A stretch of DNA of 63,999 bases, the filler included, from Pelomyxa schiedti (Eukaryota; Protista; Evosea): assembly GCA_020536535.1 (NCBI GenBank). It is 7 parts of 7 records of this genome, joined end to end, with 100 filler letters (N's around TTAATTAATTAA, not from the genome) between each part and the next. Parts side by side here need not be neighbours in the genome. Positions count along the whole stretch, not along the records: positions 35,549 to 41,826 come from JAHLWZ010000126.1; positions 41,927 to 57,486 come from JAHLWZ010000114.1; 5 more parts are not named here. One strand, written 5' to 3'. Position 1 is the stretch's first letter. Each line of letters starts with the position of its first letter. The notes below the pieces were generated by a model that did not search any database, had not been told where the DNA came from, and saw only the letters and a program-made list of their open reading frames with translations. The position numbers and the translations under genes were made by a program. Positions 37,012-49,066 of the stretch are shown piece by piece.

Positions 37012-39687
37012 TCACAGGCGCAGTTGGGCGGCTCTTGATTTCTTTTGCGTGGGTTCGCTTGTGGATTCCAGCCTTGCGGCTGTGCGTTTGGTTCCGGCTG
37101 CAGCATCCACGGCCGCGTGGTCCTGCAGAATCCAAAGAACTTGGTGGATGTCATCCTTCCCGCAGGCTTCTTGCTGCTCGCGGCAGCGGTGGCACCGTCG
37201 CCTCCTGGGCCAGCAGGTGCCGTCGCGACGGTGTGGGTGCCGTGGGCAACTTGAGCGGCAAAGTCCGCGAGGGCCTTCTCCTTCTGCAGCTTCTTGCGGT
37301 ATGATGCGGACTTCTTGGCTTTGGAGAGCTGGTAACCGTGCTTGGCAATGAGTTCCTTTGGGTGGGGTTAGGAGCCCGGGAATGGTGGGGAAATGGTGAA
37401 ATAAACCTTCTTTTGGGCAGATTTGGCGTGCCGGTGCAGTCGCTGTCTGTCATCGGGTGTCAGTTCCTCCTTTGTTGTCTTTTTGGTTTGGTAAGATTGA
37501 AATATGGTGGGAGAGGAGTGTTATTGGTTGTACCGCATGTGCCGGCTTTTGGTATACTTCCTCTGGCGCTACAAGTGAACTGGTACTGGCTGCGACAGGG
37601 ACAGCCTCCTCCGCGGCAAGGGCGGGAGCATTCACTTTCACCTTCTCGGGTTCTTCTGCCTGAAGGGGGGAATAAGAAGAGGCAAAGAAGGAAAAGAGTT
37701 CGCACAGGCTTTGGAACGTAATGCAAGTTGGAGAGAGCATCCAAGGATAGCACCAGAGAAGTGAATAATTTGTTCATTGCAAGATGACGATCTGCCAGAG
37801 GATCCTCTGCTTTCTCTTGCAGAACCTGCTTCTTATACTGCAGGTATCGGAAAATCGTGAGAGAGACATCACACCAAGGTGAATTCAACCTCATTCTCAT
37901 ATATTTCAGCAAGTCCAAGCTTACTTTTACGCTGGGATATGTCTGGTGGTGTCTCCTGTGGCAGGTGCTTTTCTGATTTTTTAACTATATCATCCCAAGA
38001 TTCCTTTGTTTTAAAACCGATTAAAATGGAATAATAAGCGACATTGTACTGTACCTCCTTTATCCTCCTTTTGATAATATCCTCAAGGCTATTTTGTACT
38101 TCCGGAGTTATTATGGGTGCGCCCTTGAAGGCATAAGCAAAAGTTGAGGTGTTGAGGGGCTCACTCTAAGTGGTTGCTCAAATTCCAGAACGGTCTCCAG
38201 TAAACTGTTTTCAGGTCGATCTTTGGCTTCCACCTACGCACATGTTACAAGTGCAATGGTACGAAAAGTGGGGAGGAAACCTCTCCCCGTAAAGTCCAGT
38301 CTTTTTCAGCCACGTTGGCATCCTCCAGTTTTTTAATTTTCTCAAATAATTTGTCCACATGTTGTTCGTATGGAGTTTTTTCTCTGGCTGGTTCATCAGA
38401 CTCATCGAGGTCGTCGATATCAGCTTTGTCTGCAGGATTTGGAGACTTGCTGGGTTTTTCTTGATAACAGATTTGTTTTTAACTAACTGTGGTAAAGATC
38501 TTACCTTTTAGCTTGGGAGCCTTGGATTTTGTTTTTGGATCAGCTTCTGGTTGCTCTGGTTCTGGTTCGGTGTGTTCTTTTTCTTTTGCCTTAGCTTTTT
38601 CAGATTTCTCTTTCTCTTTGGCAGGTTTGGGTGCTAGCTCAGGTTCAGGTTTTTTTCGCAAGGGTTTTTCTTCCTCAAAAAAGTCGCTGTATTTGATCCC
38701 TGTCTTGAGTCAGTATTGAAAGTACCAAAAAAATGAAACGATACCTGGGTCTTGTTCTGCATCCCAGTTATCGTCATCCACTTCACCGATTAAAAGATCC
38801 TTGTCTCGTTCGGTGTTTTGTCCAAGATCTCCAAGGTCTCCTTTGGAGTCTTCATCTTCGTCAAGGTCGAAGTTGGCGAACTTCTCCAGTTCGTCAGAGT
38901 TGAAAAAGTGATCTTGAGCCTCGCTATCCACTTGTTCCTCTTCGTCGTCCTCTCCAATGTTCCGCTTTTTCCGTTCGGCCCTCATTTCCTCCTCGAACTC
39001 TTCATCAACTTCTTCTTCTGAATTATCATCCTCTTCCTCAATACCCTCTTCCTCAGAGATCTCGGCATCTGTACCCTCACTTTCCTCTGACTCTTCATCA
39101 CTTTCCTCTGGCTCTGCGTTTTCTTCTAGCTCATCGTCACTTTCCTCTTGCGGCAGAGTTGAAGCACGAGCTAATAGTTGATTCAGCTTTGTAGTCAAGG
39201 AACTTTTTGGGCATTGTGGGTATTGAATTTATTGTGGGTATTGAATTATCAACTCACTTGGTAAGCCTTTGATTGAGAATTTCCATCTGTGCCCATATCT
39301 GCTCGTGATCAAAACCCTCGATAAGCAGCTCATTGGTGCCAGTTTCCTTATTCCCATTCTCATTTACTGCCAGTAGCAAGTAAGTACCCCCAAAAACTAA
39401 GCTCCAACAAACGATGACCTCCCAAAAAAAAAAAAAAAAAAAAAAATTTCGCCCAACGTATATGGTGGGGGGTACATACAGCCGTCATAGAGGGCCTTGG
39501 CGGCGGAGTTGTGTTTGTTCTTTGCGATCTCCGCCTGCTGCTGCGACTTTGGCAGATCTCCCCAATTTTCCGGCATGACACAACCACCGGGAGTACTTAT
39601 CGCGAATAGCGACAGATCCAACCACGACGCGTACTCACTCGCGCCAGACACGTCAAATCCCCGCGCTCGCGTCGTTCCCGATGACAT
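37012..39687 (-). CDS. MPP10: U3 snoRNP protein Mpp10 (multi-exon)
   Basis: EGFDHEQIWAQME, acidic tract, KDWTLRGE, RPENSLLE, PIITPE, WDDIV, LDALSNLHYVPKP, APEEVY. Confidence 0.88.
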
Positions 39688-39727
39688 CTTTTTGATTGAT
39701 TTTTTGTTTTTGGTTTACGTATTGTGG

Positions 39728-41826
39728 ATGGGCAACACGACGGGCAACACGACGGCCGCTCTCCCTGGTGTTGTTGCTGGTTACGATGATTTCCAGAGAA
39801 CACTCGGTGACCGTGACGCGTTCTTCAAGAGGCTGAGTGAGTCCGCCTCCATCGAAGACTTGCGAAACTCGTGGGAGAGCGTGGTGGTGGCCAAAAACTT
39901 CAGGTTCGTGAGCTGCATCTCACACGGTTGCAGCGGTGTGTATATATCACTCCGAAACACAAACATATGCAACCAACAAAGCTGCCCCTGTTGTCTTTTT
40001 TGTTTACTGACTACACATCGATGATGACAGGGATTGTTTATGAGGTGAAGTGCATTGGGGAGGGGCACCCTGTGTTGTTCAGGGACCAGTCTTACGTCCT
40101 CAAGGTTCCCTTCAATTATGGTGTCACAACAACAAGTTTTCAGAATGCCTTTGAGGTATTCCAGTACCTGTTCCATCTTTTTTTATGTGGCTGTTGCAAT
40201 TCTTTATTTTTTTTTTCTCCCGTCTAGAGTGAGTACATTGTTGCTTCAAGATTGGATGCACACCCAAACATCAACCGATACCTATGCCACTTCTCAGACC
40301 GGATGCCACCAGAGTATTACAACCATCTCCCACCTGTGGTCAAGGAACTTGCCTTTGACCAAGTGCAGAACAGGGTGCGTGTGTGTGTGTGGGTTGTCTT
40401 CGAGCATCACTCTGAGACATTGGGACAGTTCCGGACACACATCAACACCAAGTCTCCCCTTTCAACAACCACAACCACACCGTGGCCCATTGTTCACAAG
40501 TATTCAAGGGATATCTGTGCCGCTCTTGTGCATCTCTTCGTGAATCAAATCATTCACTTTGACATCAAACTGGACAACATTGTTGTTTCTTCTGTGTGTG
40601 GTTCTTCCCCACATTCCATCTCTTTTTTCACTCAAATTGAAACACAATTTAATTGACAGAACAAAGAACAAGCAATTCTGATTGACTTTGGGTGTGCAAC
40701 AAGGTTTCCAAGTGGGGATTTTGAGGCTGAAGCACAATTTGTCATTTCAGCCACAGGAAATTTAAGTCACAGAGCACCTGAGATCATCAATGGAATTGCA
40801 CATTCCAGGCAGAACCCTGATCACTCTTCAATGTTGTGTTGTGACAAGGTATTTTTGATTTAATCATGTGAAACTTCGTCCCTCACATGAACAAAACGCA
40901 GCAACCATCATTTGAACTTGGGAGCATCCTGTTCGAACTCGCCATGTGTGGAAAGCACCCACTTCCAGGATACCCTGGTGGTTATGGCCCAAGTGGAAAG
41001 GTCACTTTCTCATTTGAGACTGAGGAGCTGTTCCCCATGAAACCACCACAGTTCCCACAGGAGTTCTGTGACCTCGTTCGTTCATTGTTGCAATGTGACC
41101 CTGACAAGAGAATGCCCCTCTTGGATGCATTCAATGTTCTGTTGAACATTGATTCACCAAGCCCTTCTGAACTCCTCTCGTTTTACTCTTGTGTTATGCC
41201 TCTTACAAATGATGCAGGTTGTACCCAGTAACAGAAACACACCATACTTTTCCACTGACACAAACTCCCATTTTCAGGAACACTGACAATCAAGGCAACA
41301 TGTCAGATTCTTTGTGGTTCCCCCACAGAAGACTGTGTTGATACCATCCACAAAGCACTTGATGCTAACCCCTTTTTTTCACCTGCTTTGCTGCTTTTGC
41401 ATTATCTCAATGCTAGTCAGCATAAGATGACTGACAGTCGTCATCAACAGGCAGTCAAAGCATCACTGAGAGGCAAGACGGCATCGTTCACACCCACAGA
41501 CGTTGAATTCACGAGAGCCATCATCAACAAGAAACACAGAAACACACTCCCTGAATTGGTTTTGACAGCACTCTGGACAAGGCACATTTCACATGATGCT
41601 GATGGTTTCCACAACGCCACCTTGTTGCTCTTGAAAAAGAGCCCAACTACAACAGCAAGCCAGTTTTATGAGGAGTGTGACTTGCACACGAAACGAGATG
41701 ATGATGGAAGCACTTGTGGAGTTGCAAGTCGGAAAAATTGACTCTGCCCTTGCTCTTGTTGCCCACGCCTACTGCCTGTTTGGTGTGAATGTGTCTTTGC
41801 TTGTTTTCATCCAACCAACACAAATC
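39728..41826 (+). CDS. Paralog of the MGNT kinase gene at 12075; apparent frameshift near 41665; cut by contig end before any Sel1 array
   Basis: Collinear exons and introns with 12075-14190; HFDIKLDNIVV, DFGCA, HRAPE. Confidence 0.8.
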
Positions 41827-42072
41827 NNNNNNNNNNNNNNNNNNNNNNNNNNNNNNNNNNNNNNNNNNNNTTAATTAATTAANNNNNNNNNNNNNNNNNN
41901 NNNNNNNNNNNNNNNNNNNNNNNNNNTTGGCTGTAGAACAACAATCACCACACACCACAACAGCCACATGCACAAACAACAAAACTGCAAGCTGTCACAC
42001 ACCCATGTGGCTTGCAGAACGTGGCAGGCTTGCAGGCTCCCACAGCCGACAGGTGCTGGCTCCCACACAATT

Positions 42073-42195
42073 TGTCAGCCTCCACTTGAGATGTCGGCTC
42101 CCAGCCAAGTGCTGGCTGTCAAACGATTTGCTGGCTGCCACCCCTTGTGTCAGCCCCCACGCCACGTGCTGGCTGTCAAACGAGTTGTTGGCTGG
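42073..42195. repeat. Imperfect short direct repeat (two copies of gtgctggctgtcaaacga-ttg-tggctg)
   Basis: Direct sequence comparison. Confidence 0.6.
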
Positions 42196-43226
42196 AAGAC
42201 AACACTCCAGCTGGCTGTATACCGTTTTAGGGGAAGTCTAATAGTCCACAGACCGGAACGCTGTCATTTTCGTAGTAATCGCCGTCTCAGCGGTCTGGTG
42301 TTTTTTTTATTCTGCCACAAATGGGCTCAAACGGATCATCATCCACCTTGAACCAACGAGCAGCAGCACCAGAATCAACAACAACGAAGCATACAAAACA
42401 ATCAACACAACAACCACAAGCAACAAATGTAACGACAGCCAAGTCACAGGTGATGGTTATTCTTTGTGCCCCAACAACCATCCAACAAAGAGGTTGCTGT
42501 GGTTGTTTCTCACCATCATCACAACCACAACCACCACTGGGGAAAACCTCAGAACCACCACCACCATCGACCAACCCGGAAATGCTCCTGCGCAAAAGTC
42601 GTGAAGTTTGATCACTGTGTCGGCCCAAAAATAACCAGACTTTGTGCATCTACTCAATGTGCCCTGTTCGCACTACTGCTTCAGTGGAGTGGCATTTCCA
42701 CAAGGTGCAGAACCACCAATTCGTTTGGATGAGGAGGAACCACTCCTCCTCCACCGGCACCACCCACGCTTCGAGGTGGTGTGTGGATAATCGGGGTTCG
42801 TCCCCTGATTAAACTTGAGCGTGATCGAGCCATTCACTGGGTTCTGTGTCCTCACTCTCGGATTTCCACTGCGTCGGCGTCTCGGTGATGCCCTTGTGTT
42901 GATGGCAGCATGACCACCACACGCAAGCTGAGGAGTTGTGTGTCTTGTTGACGGACGTCACCCAAGAGCCACTGGTCATTGCATTTCTTCATTTAGGTGG
43001 GTTTCTTGCCATCGTTGACCACTTGGTGCCATCAATTTGCCTTGGATTCAATGCAAACCGCTAAGGAGCACCAAAAAAAGTGTAAGCTCTCCCATTTCGA
43101 CAATGGCTGTAAATGTACTTCGTGGCACATTCCACTCATTTCTCTTCTCAATAAAAAAGGGACAGTGGCGTCTCCCAACAAATTAATTTAATTTCGGGGC
43201 AGTTGATCAACGCTTTTTTTTTTTGA

Positions 43227-45146
43227 TGTATTGTGATGGTGGTTCGTTTTTGGCGTGTTGTTCGGGTACCCTAGTAGTGCAAAGTATTTTGAGGTATGCT
43301 TTTACTGCAATTGCTTGACCATATTATGATTTCCGCATTAATTTTACCTGGCTGGAGGTACACATGTATAATGCAGGTATTTGAATGGTCGGGAGTGCGC
43401 AGCTGTTGGAAGGACATGCAAGTGCATGAGGGATGTTGTTTACGCGCAGTGTGAGAGTGTGTGGGGTGACCTGTGTGCGAGTGACTTCGGTTTATTCCCG
43501 TCAAGTGGTGGTGGTGGTGGTGGCAATGTGGTGGTTGCGTATGGTGTTACTCCAAAAGTTGCTGCCTCTCCTTTGAAGTGACTCTTACTCTCCCTGTGGC
43601 ATTTTTCCTGATTGATATTCTAGGTGTAAATGTGCTAACGATTCCTACGAATTTGTAAGACGTTGTATTGTATGTATTGATGTGCTGTCTGAACACCGAC
43701 TTGAGTTCTCTCAGCGACCAGGTATTGTATTTTCCAAAAATTGTATTTTGCAATTGTATTTTGCATACCACCCTTATTCTTCCTGAATTCAACAGGAGTT
43801 GAGGTTTGGAAACGCCTTGCTGACTCTTTGATTCAAAATTGGAACGTAGAGCAGTCCGGGGCTCATCCTGTGTTGTGCTGCTATCTGGCTCCAACAGTTT
43901 TAAGTAGTTTGAAACTGAAGGTATCATTTTATTACAGTTTCTTTCGTCAACTCAACATCCCCCAGTTCGAGAATGAGGAATCTGCCGCTGCCTTTCATGA
44001 CTTTATCCTTCAACATCAAAGCCTTCTTTCATTAGATCCGTGGACATTACAGCTACAAGACCGGCAAATACACGATTTTATCTAAACACTTCTCTCATTC
44101 ACTTTTTAGTGCAGACTCTTCTCCCCCTTCCCGCGTCGAAGTCTGCTATTATTCGAAAGAAAATAAATTTCGAATATATTGCACAGGTGAGTTTTCATTC
44201 GAAATTTCAGTCTTATCTTATATTCTTTCCAGCAAAAGTGAAGTGGAGCCGAGTGTATGCCCGATTGTCAACTCTTTGCATTTCAACATTGAAACCTAGT
44301 GTGTCAACTCCAACTCTATGAATTTTGTGTGACTATACGTAAGATGAAGAATTGTGTGTGAGCTGTGGTGTGAAAAAACCTGCCAAACCTTCCCGCAAAA
44401 AGCCTAGTTTTTCTCAAGTTCTTTTCTCTGGACCCTTGGCATCATTTGTTGGTGTGATTGGACTTACAGGATCCGGAAAACGCTCTTTGGTTGGAAAAAT
44501 TTGCCAAATGTTCCCGTGTGTGCCACAAACTCCTTCATTTTCCATAACTTGTGTCCAGGTACAATTCAGAGACATGTTCAACGTTTTTAATGGGCCGGGA
44601 CCATCAACACTTGACATCAGTGTACTTCCCCCCTTCAGAGAGTCTCTTTCTCACAGCTATATGTGACATCCAACCCTCCGACTCGGTGCAGCTGCAACCT
44701 CTCCTCTCTCGATTGAATTCAGTTGTACTTGTAATTGACAGTGTAAACCCAGTAAGTTCACCAAGTTTTGCCTATGAGTAACAAAGACTTGGTTTCAACA
44801 GGAACCTAGCATCCCTCTGTTGCGGCAAGTTACTGATTCCCTCTCTACAAGTCCCCACATTCCTCTTGTTGTTGCGTTTCACAGGTTTCAATTTTGCACC
44901 TCCTCTATTTTCACTATTACTCACCTCACATCAAGATATGACCTATCATCACAAAGCATGAGGCAGATTGTTGAACTGATCAAAACACACCAACCAGCCC
45001 CACCAAACAACATCAACTGGCTTGTGACCAGCACGTCAGTTTTCGCACCACAGTCAGTTCACAACATCATCACGTGGTTCTCCACATGGTCCACCAAGTT
45101 TGATTACTCTGATATCAAAGGAACTGGAGGTTGCTCTATTTCCTGA
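43227..45146 (+). CDS. Hypothetical multi-exon protein with degenerate small-GTPase-like C-terminal domain
   Basis: VGVIGLTGSGKRSLV P-loop variant, VVLVIDS, IPLVVAFH. Confidence 0.5.
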
Positions 45147-45474
45147 GAGTGAACTACCCACTTCGCTCTGGCAAGACAACGTGTCCTGATTGCACTTTGT
45201 TCCTGGTGTTGGCCAACACCAAAACTTCATCAAATTCGCGGCACTTGAAAGAAAAGGGGGTTATTCTTTTCCTTATCTTGTTGTTGTTCTCGGTAGCTAG
45301 TGAGATTGAATAAACTATTGTTGCGTTTGAGTTATTTGGTCTTGTGAAGGAAAAGCTAGTCGCTATTACGAGCGTCGTGTAGTGTATTGTGGTACATTTT
45401 GGAAAAAATGATTACTCTGTGATTCCCTTTTTTCATCACTTTCACACCACACCTCCTTTTGTTGTGTTTTGTTC

Positions 45475-47049
45475 TTAGAGAGAAGACAGAGGGAAAGAGG
45501 AATGGCTTCTGAACATTGTCAAAGGTCTGAACAATTCAAGGGTGACAACGTGTGTGCCAGAGAGCTCATCAGTAACGTGTACTTCTTTTATCGGCTCATC
45601 AGTGAATGCAGAAGAACCACTACCAGAAACAACAGGCTGGAACAAGAGGCCACCTTCAACAAAATCATGAAGGCTTGCCCAGATGGGGGGTTTCTGGGAC
45701 CTCACTGGCTCTGTTGTGTTGTTTATATCCCACACATCACATGTGCCTTTCTCTGTGCAAGACACATAGAACTGTGACTGGTTCAGCTGGGACACAGACA
45801 AACGGAGGGAATCCACAGAACCCCAATACCAAAACCGCGTTGTTTCCTTGTAGAATTGCTTCAGTTTACCACTCCCCTCCTCAACTGCAATGATTCCACA
45901 GTGATCTCTGAAAGTACCTCCAGTCACAAATGAATGAGCACCACTCTGCTGTGTCAGAACCATAAAGGAACCGCCGAACTTCTTGTAGTCTGGGAGGTGC
46001 AAGTCGTCCAGTCTTGGAATGGTTGAACTCAACAGTGTTAATGTCTTGGAGGAGGTGGTTTGCACCAGGTCCACCAAACAGAGCTCAAAGTAATTGTGAC
46101 CAGAAAGCCGCAACAGGAGATGGTCCTCATTCTCGCCCTCGCCAAGCTGAGGGAACATGTGCTTTGCTTTGATGAGGATGCTGTCAAGTGGAACAACAAC
46201 AACCACAGTGCCGTAGTTTGCGGGGCTCCTCTTCTTTGGCGGCATACCAACAATGACCATCTTCCTTTGATGTCTGGCACACACCACACACCACTTCCTG
46301 TTTGTACACAAGAGCCCGCCCTGCCACTTTCTGACATCCACGAGTGGAAGCCTGTGGCCAGACACCCTGTCCTGCACCAATACCAGCCCCCCCTTCATCC
46401 TCACAAGGTAGTCCCCGTCTGCATACATCACACCAGCACCCCGCCGTGGGTATGCCCACCACCTGACCTCATGCGCGAGTGTAAGCAGCACAAGAGAGAC
46501 CCCGAGAGTCACCACCACCATCTCGCCTCGCGTGTTCTCCCACGAGATACGGTAGAGCCTCGAGTGTTCCCTCAGCCACCACCACACCAGCCTCACCACC
46601 AATGTGCCGTCTACTAGTCCACTCCCACTCGTGACCATCGTCGAGGCGCTGCTGTCATTGCTGCTGATTGGCATCGTTGTGCTGCATGCAACCGCCGTAG
46701 TCGTCGCCGCCGTCATCATCAGCCACAGTGGGCATTGTGAACCACAGCGTGGGTGTGTGCCCGCGGCCAGCGCAGCCACTTGGTCGCCCATCGTGGTGGT
46801 GGTGGCTGTAGCTGTGGCCGCCGTTGCTGCGTCGTCGACGACCGCAGCGGTTGCTTTTAGTGTTTCAGATGCCGGTGAACACGACGTTGGCTTCACTTGA
46901 ACTGCTTTGCCTGACCTTCTTCGTTGGCCCCGTTGTTTTTGTTGCTGTTGTTGTTGCTGCTGTTGCTGTTGTTGTGGTGGTGGTGGTTGGGAGCTACTGT
47001 GTGTTGCTTGTTCCAGGGGCCTGAGAGAGGGATATACGTCGTCACCCAA
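45475..47049 (-). CDS. Intronless lineage-specific family protein (QVAALAAGTHPRCG motif, beta-rich C-region)
   Basis: 524-codon ORF; motifs shared with 47594, 49067, 53853 and 57587. Confidence 0.7.
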   Translation of the reverse strand: MGDDVYPSLRPLEQATHSSSQPPPPQQQQQQQQQQQQKQRGQRRRSGKAVQVKPTSCSPASETLKATAAVVDDAATAATATATTTTMGDQVAALAAGTHPRCGSQCPLWLMMTAATTTAVACSTTMPISSNDSSASTMVTSGSGLVDGTLVVRLVWWWLREHSRLYRISWENTRGEMVVVTLGVSLVLLTLAHEVRWWAYPRRGAGVMYADGDYLVRMKGGLVLVQDRVSGHRLPLVDVRKWQGGLLCTNRKWCVVCARHQRKMVIVGMPPKKRSPANYGTVVVVVPLDSILIKAKHMFPQLGEGENEDHLLLRLSGHNYFELCLVDLVQTTSSKTLTLLSSTIPRLDDLHLPDYKKFGGSFMVLTQQSGAHSFVTGGTFRDHCGIIAVEEGSGKLKQFYKETTRFWYWGSVDSLRLSVSQLNQSQFYVSCTEKGTCDVWDINNTTEPVRSQKPPIWASLHDFVEGGLLFQPVVSGSGSSAFTDEPIKEVHVTDELSGTHVVTLELFRPLTMFRSHSSFPLSSL

Positions 47050-47398
47050 CCCATGGCTTTGTTGTTTCAGAGAAGATCAGGGAAAAATTGCCATCAAAAT
47101 CAAGAAAAGCTGTCACCCCTCCGTTCATTTTAAAATGATGAATGACAGAACGCTTTTAATTTCTTTAAAAAACTGTCACCATTCAAAGGAATGTTTGAAG
47201 GAGACAGCACCACGCTTTGCGGGTGGAAACAGTTTAAAAAACTGCCTTACGACAGCCAGTGATCTCCATTGGCTTATTGATTAAGTTCTTATCTTGTCTC
47301 CTCGGTCGATTTTAAAGGGGCCTCCAACGGGTGGTATTATGGGTGCTCAGCTCTTGCCTGTTGTTTAGTCGAATGTTCTAGAGTGAACAACTATGAAA

Positions 47399-47470
47399 TC
47401 CGATGTGGTGTAGTTGGCAACATCTCTGACTTTCACTCAGTGGCCCCGGGTTCGATTCCCGGCATCGGAA
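47399..47470 (+). tRNA. tRNA-Glu(TTC)
   Basis: 72-nt cloverleaf: acceptor TCCGATG/CATCGGA, anticodon loop CT-TTC-AC, T-arm CCGGG TTCGATT CCCGG, downstream T6 terminator. Confidence 0.95.
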
Positions 47471-47593
47471 CTTTTTTACTGAAACTCTACCATAGAGATG
47501 CACCGACGAGACCATCACTGGGACGGTTCGAAATCCCAAGCGACTTAGGTGTCGCCACTCTCAACCGACTTGTTGAACTACACTTCTGCGAAG

Positions 47594-48841
47594 ATGAGAA
47601 ACGAAGCGTGGGTTGGCTGGCCCTCAGTAATTCCAATCAAAGACCACATCGATGCACAGCACCAATTCGTCGCCTTGGCTGCAGGAGTGATTGTGGGACG
47701 GTGCGGCCGCGACATCGGCAGCCCAGTCTCTGTGCTCACCCCTGCGTCGCTGTCAATCATCGGCCGCGACTGGATCGTGTTCCCCTCACGCCACGTGGTC
47801 GTGGGTCTCCGGTGTTGCGGCCCCGGCGACGACTCATCCTCCCACAAGTACGTCAAGTTCAGCATGTCGCCGACCCTGGGCCTCGTCACACACCCTTCGG
47901 TCATCGATCGCTGTGGAGTTGGCGGTGCCAACTTCTTCTGGGGGTGGATCGGCCCAGTGTCCTCACCACGTGACAGATTCGCGCTCGTTGTGGCATTTAA
48001 AGATACGATGCTAGGGACGGTGGCACTGACTGTGTTTGACACTCATGGGAAAACTGCTGACTTGGAGCTGACTCGGTCGTTTACTACGTTGACTGGGATG
48101 AACAGGAGGTGGCTTGTGGGTGACATGTATTGTGAGGAGACGGACAGTTCCACGATGTCACTGTGGAACTTTGATTCCATTGAGAACGGCGGCGTCGCAG
48201 CGGTGGAGAACCTGGCCCTGCCGTGGGAAGTGAGAAGGGCCGCGATTGATGGCGATCACTCATTGGTGGTATTGTCATCTGGTGGCAGGGCCATGGTCAT
48301 TGACCTGGAAGCTACATTGGCGCAGAGGACGCTGGTTGGGAGCGTGCCAAGTTATAATCTCTCGAGGGGGATAGAATGCATCAATGAGCTGTTTTGGTGG
48401 AAGGGAATGACGTGGGCATTCGTGCAAGGCAGCACAAGTGGCCTGTTGGATTCGACATGTGCTCTGTTGTGTTTGACAACTGGGGAGTGGTTTTCATTAC
48501 CGCCTGCACCCGTGTCCCAGAAAGAAATGTTGTATTGCCATTATTGGTTCCATCACTTTGGTGGGCCATACTTCGTACTGTCAAATTCCATTGGCTTCTA
48601 TTCCGTAGAGGGTGTCATCCGAGTCTGCAGTATGATTGAACCATCAAGGGTGTTGTGCAGCTTTGAAATGCACAGGCCACCTGAAATGGTGGTTCATGAC
48701 AATGAGCTGATTGTCAGGGATCCCAGTGATCATGACCCACGGCCAAAGCACATAGAGATCATCGATGCGGTGACTGGCTCCCTTGTAATGAAGATGGAAG
48801 TCAGAGGTTGCTCTGTTTACAATGTCCGTTGTGTTTCATGA
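47594..48841 (+). CDS. Intronless orphan-family protein, paralog A
   Basis: Long ORF; PIKDHIDAQHQFVALAAGVIVGRCGRDIGSPV. Confidence 0.8.
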   Translation: MRNEAWVGWPSVIPIKDHIDAQHQFVALAAGVIVGRCGRDIGSPVSVLTPASLSIIGRDWIVFPSRHVVVGLRCCGPGDDSSSHKYVKFSMSPTLGLVTHPSVIDRCGVGGANFFWGWIGPVSSPRDRFALVVAFKDTMLGTVALTVFDTHGKTADLELTRSFTTLTGMNRRWLVGDMYCEETDSSTMSLWNFDSIENGGVAAVENLALPWEVRRAAIDGDHSLVVLSSGGRAMVIDLEATLAQRTLVGSVPSYNLSRGIECINELFWWKGMTWAFVQGSTSGLLDSTCALLCLTTGEWFSLPPAPVSQKEMLYCHYWFHHFGGPYFVLSNSIGFYSVEGVIRVCSMIEPSRVLCSFEMHRPPEMVVHDNELIVRDPSDHDPRPKHIEIIDAVTGSLVMKMEVRGCSVYNVRCVS

Positions 48842-48876
48842 ACCACAGCCACTGTGACTCATCCAACACGTTGAAA

Positions 48877-48948
48877 TCCGATGTGGTGTAGTTGGCAACA
48901 TCTCTGACTTTCACTCAGTGGCCCCGGGTTCGATTCCCGGCATCGGAA
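48877..48948 (+). tRNA. tRNA-Glu(TTC), identical second copy
   Basis: Identical to 47399-47470; T5 terminator. Confidence 0.95.
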
Positions 48949-49066
48949 CTTTTTAATAACGAACCATTTGGTAGTAATGGCGGGTCTCATTCAAGACCTG
49001 CAACGGAACTTTTTTCCTGGTTTAATTTGAGTAGGAGGACATAATCAAACTAGCTCTTACGGGAAC

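Larger units (their letters stand above)
35549..37456. repeat. ~0.9-kb near-identical duplication across a gap (35549-36442 vs 36543-37456), probably haplotypes
   Basis: Both copies begin at the same base after N runs; SNPs and small indels between them. Confidence 0.85.

Noticed and set aside
47425-47441. Possible TCA (Sec or opal suppressor) anticodon in CTTTCAC
   Set aside because: Stem register centres TTC in the 7-nt loop and there is no long variable arm, so it is tRNA-Glu
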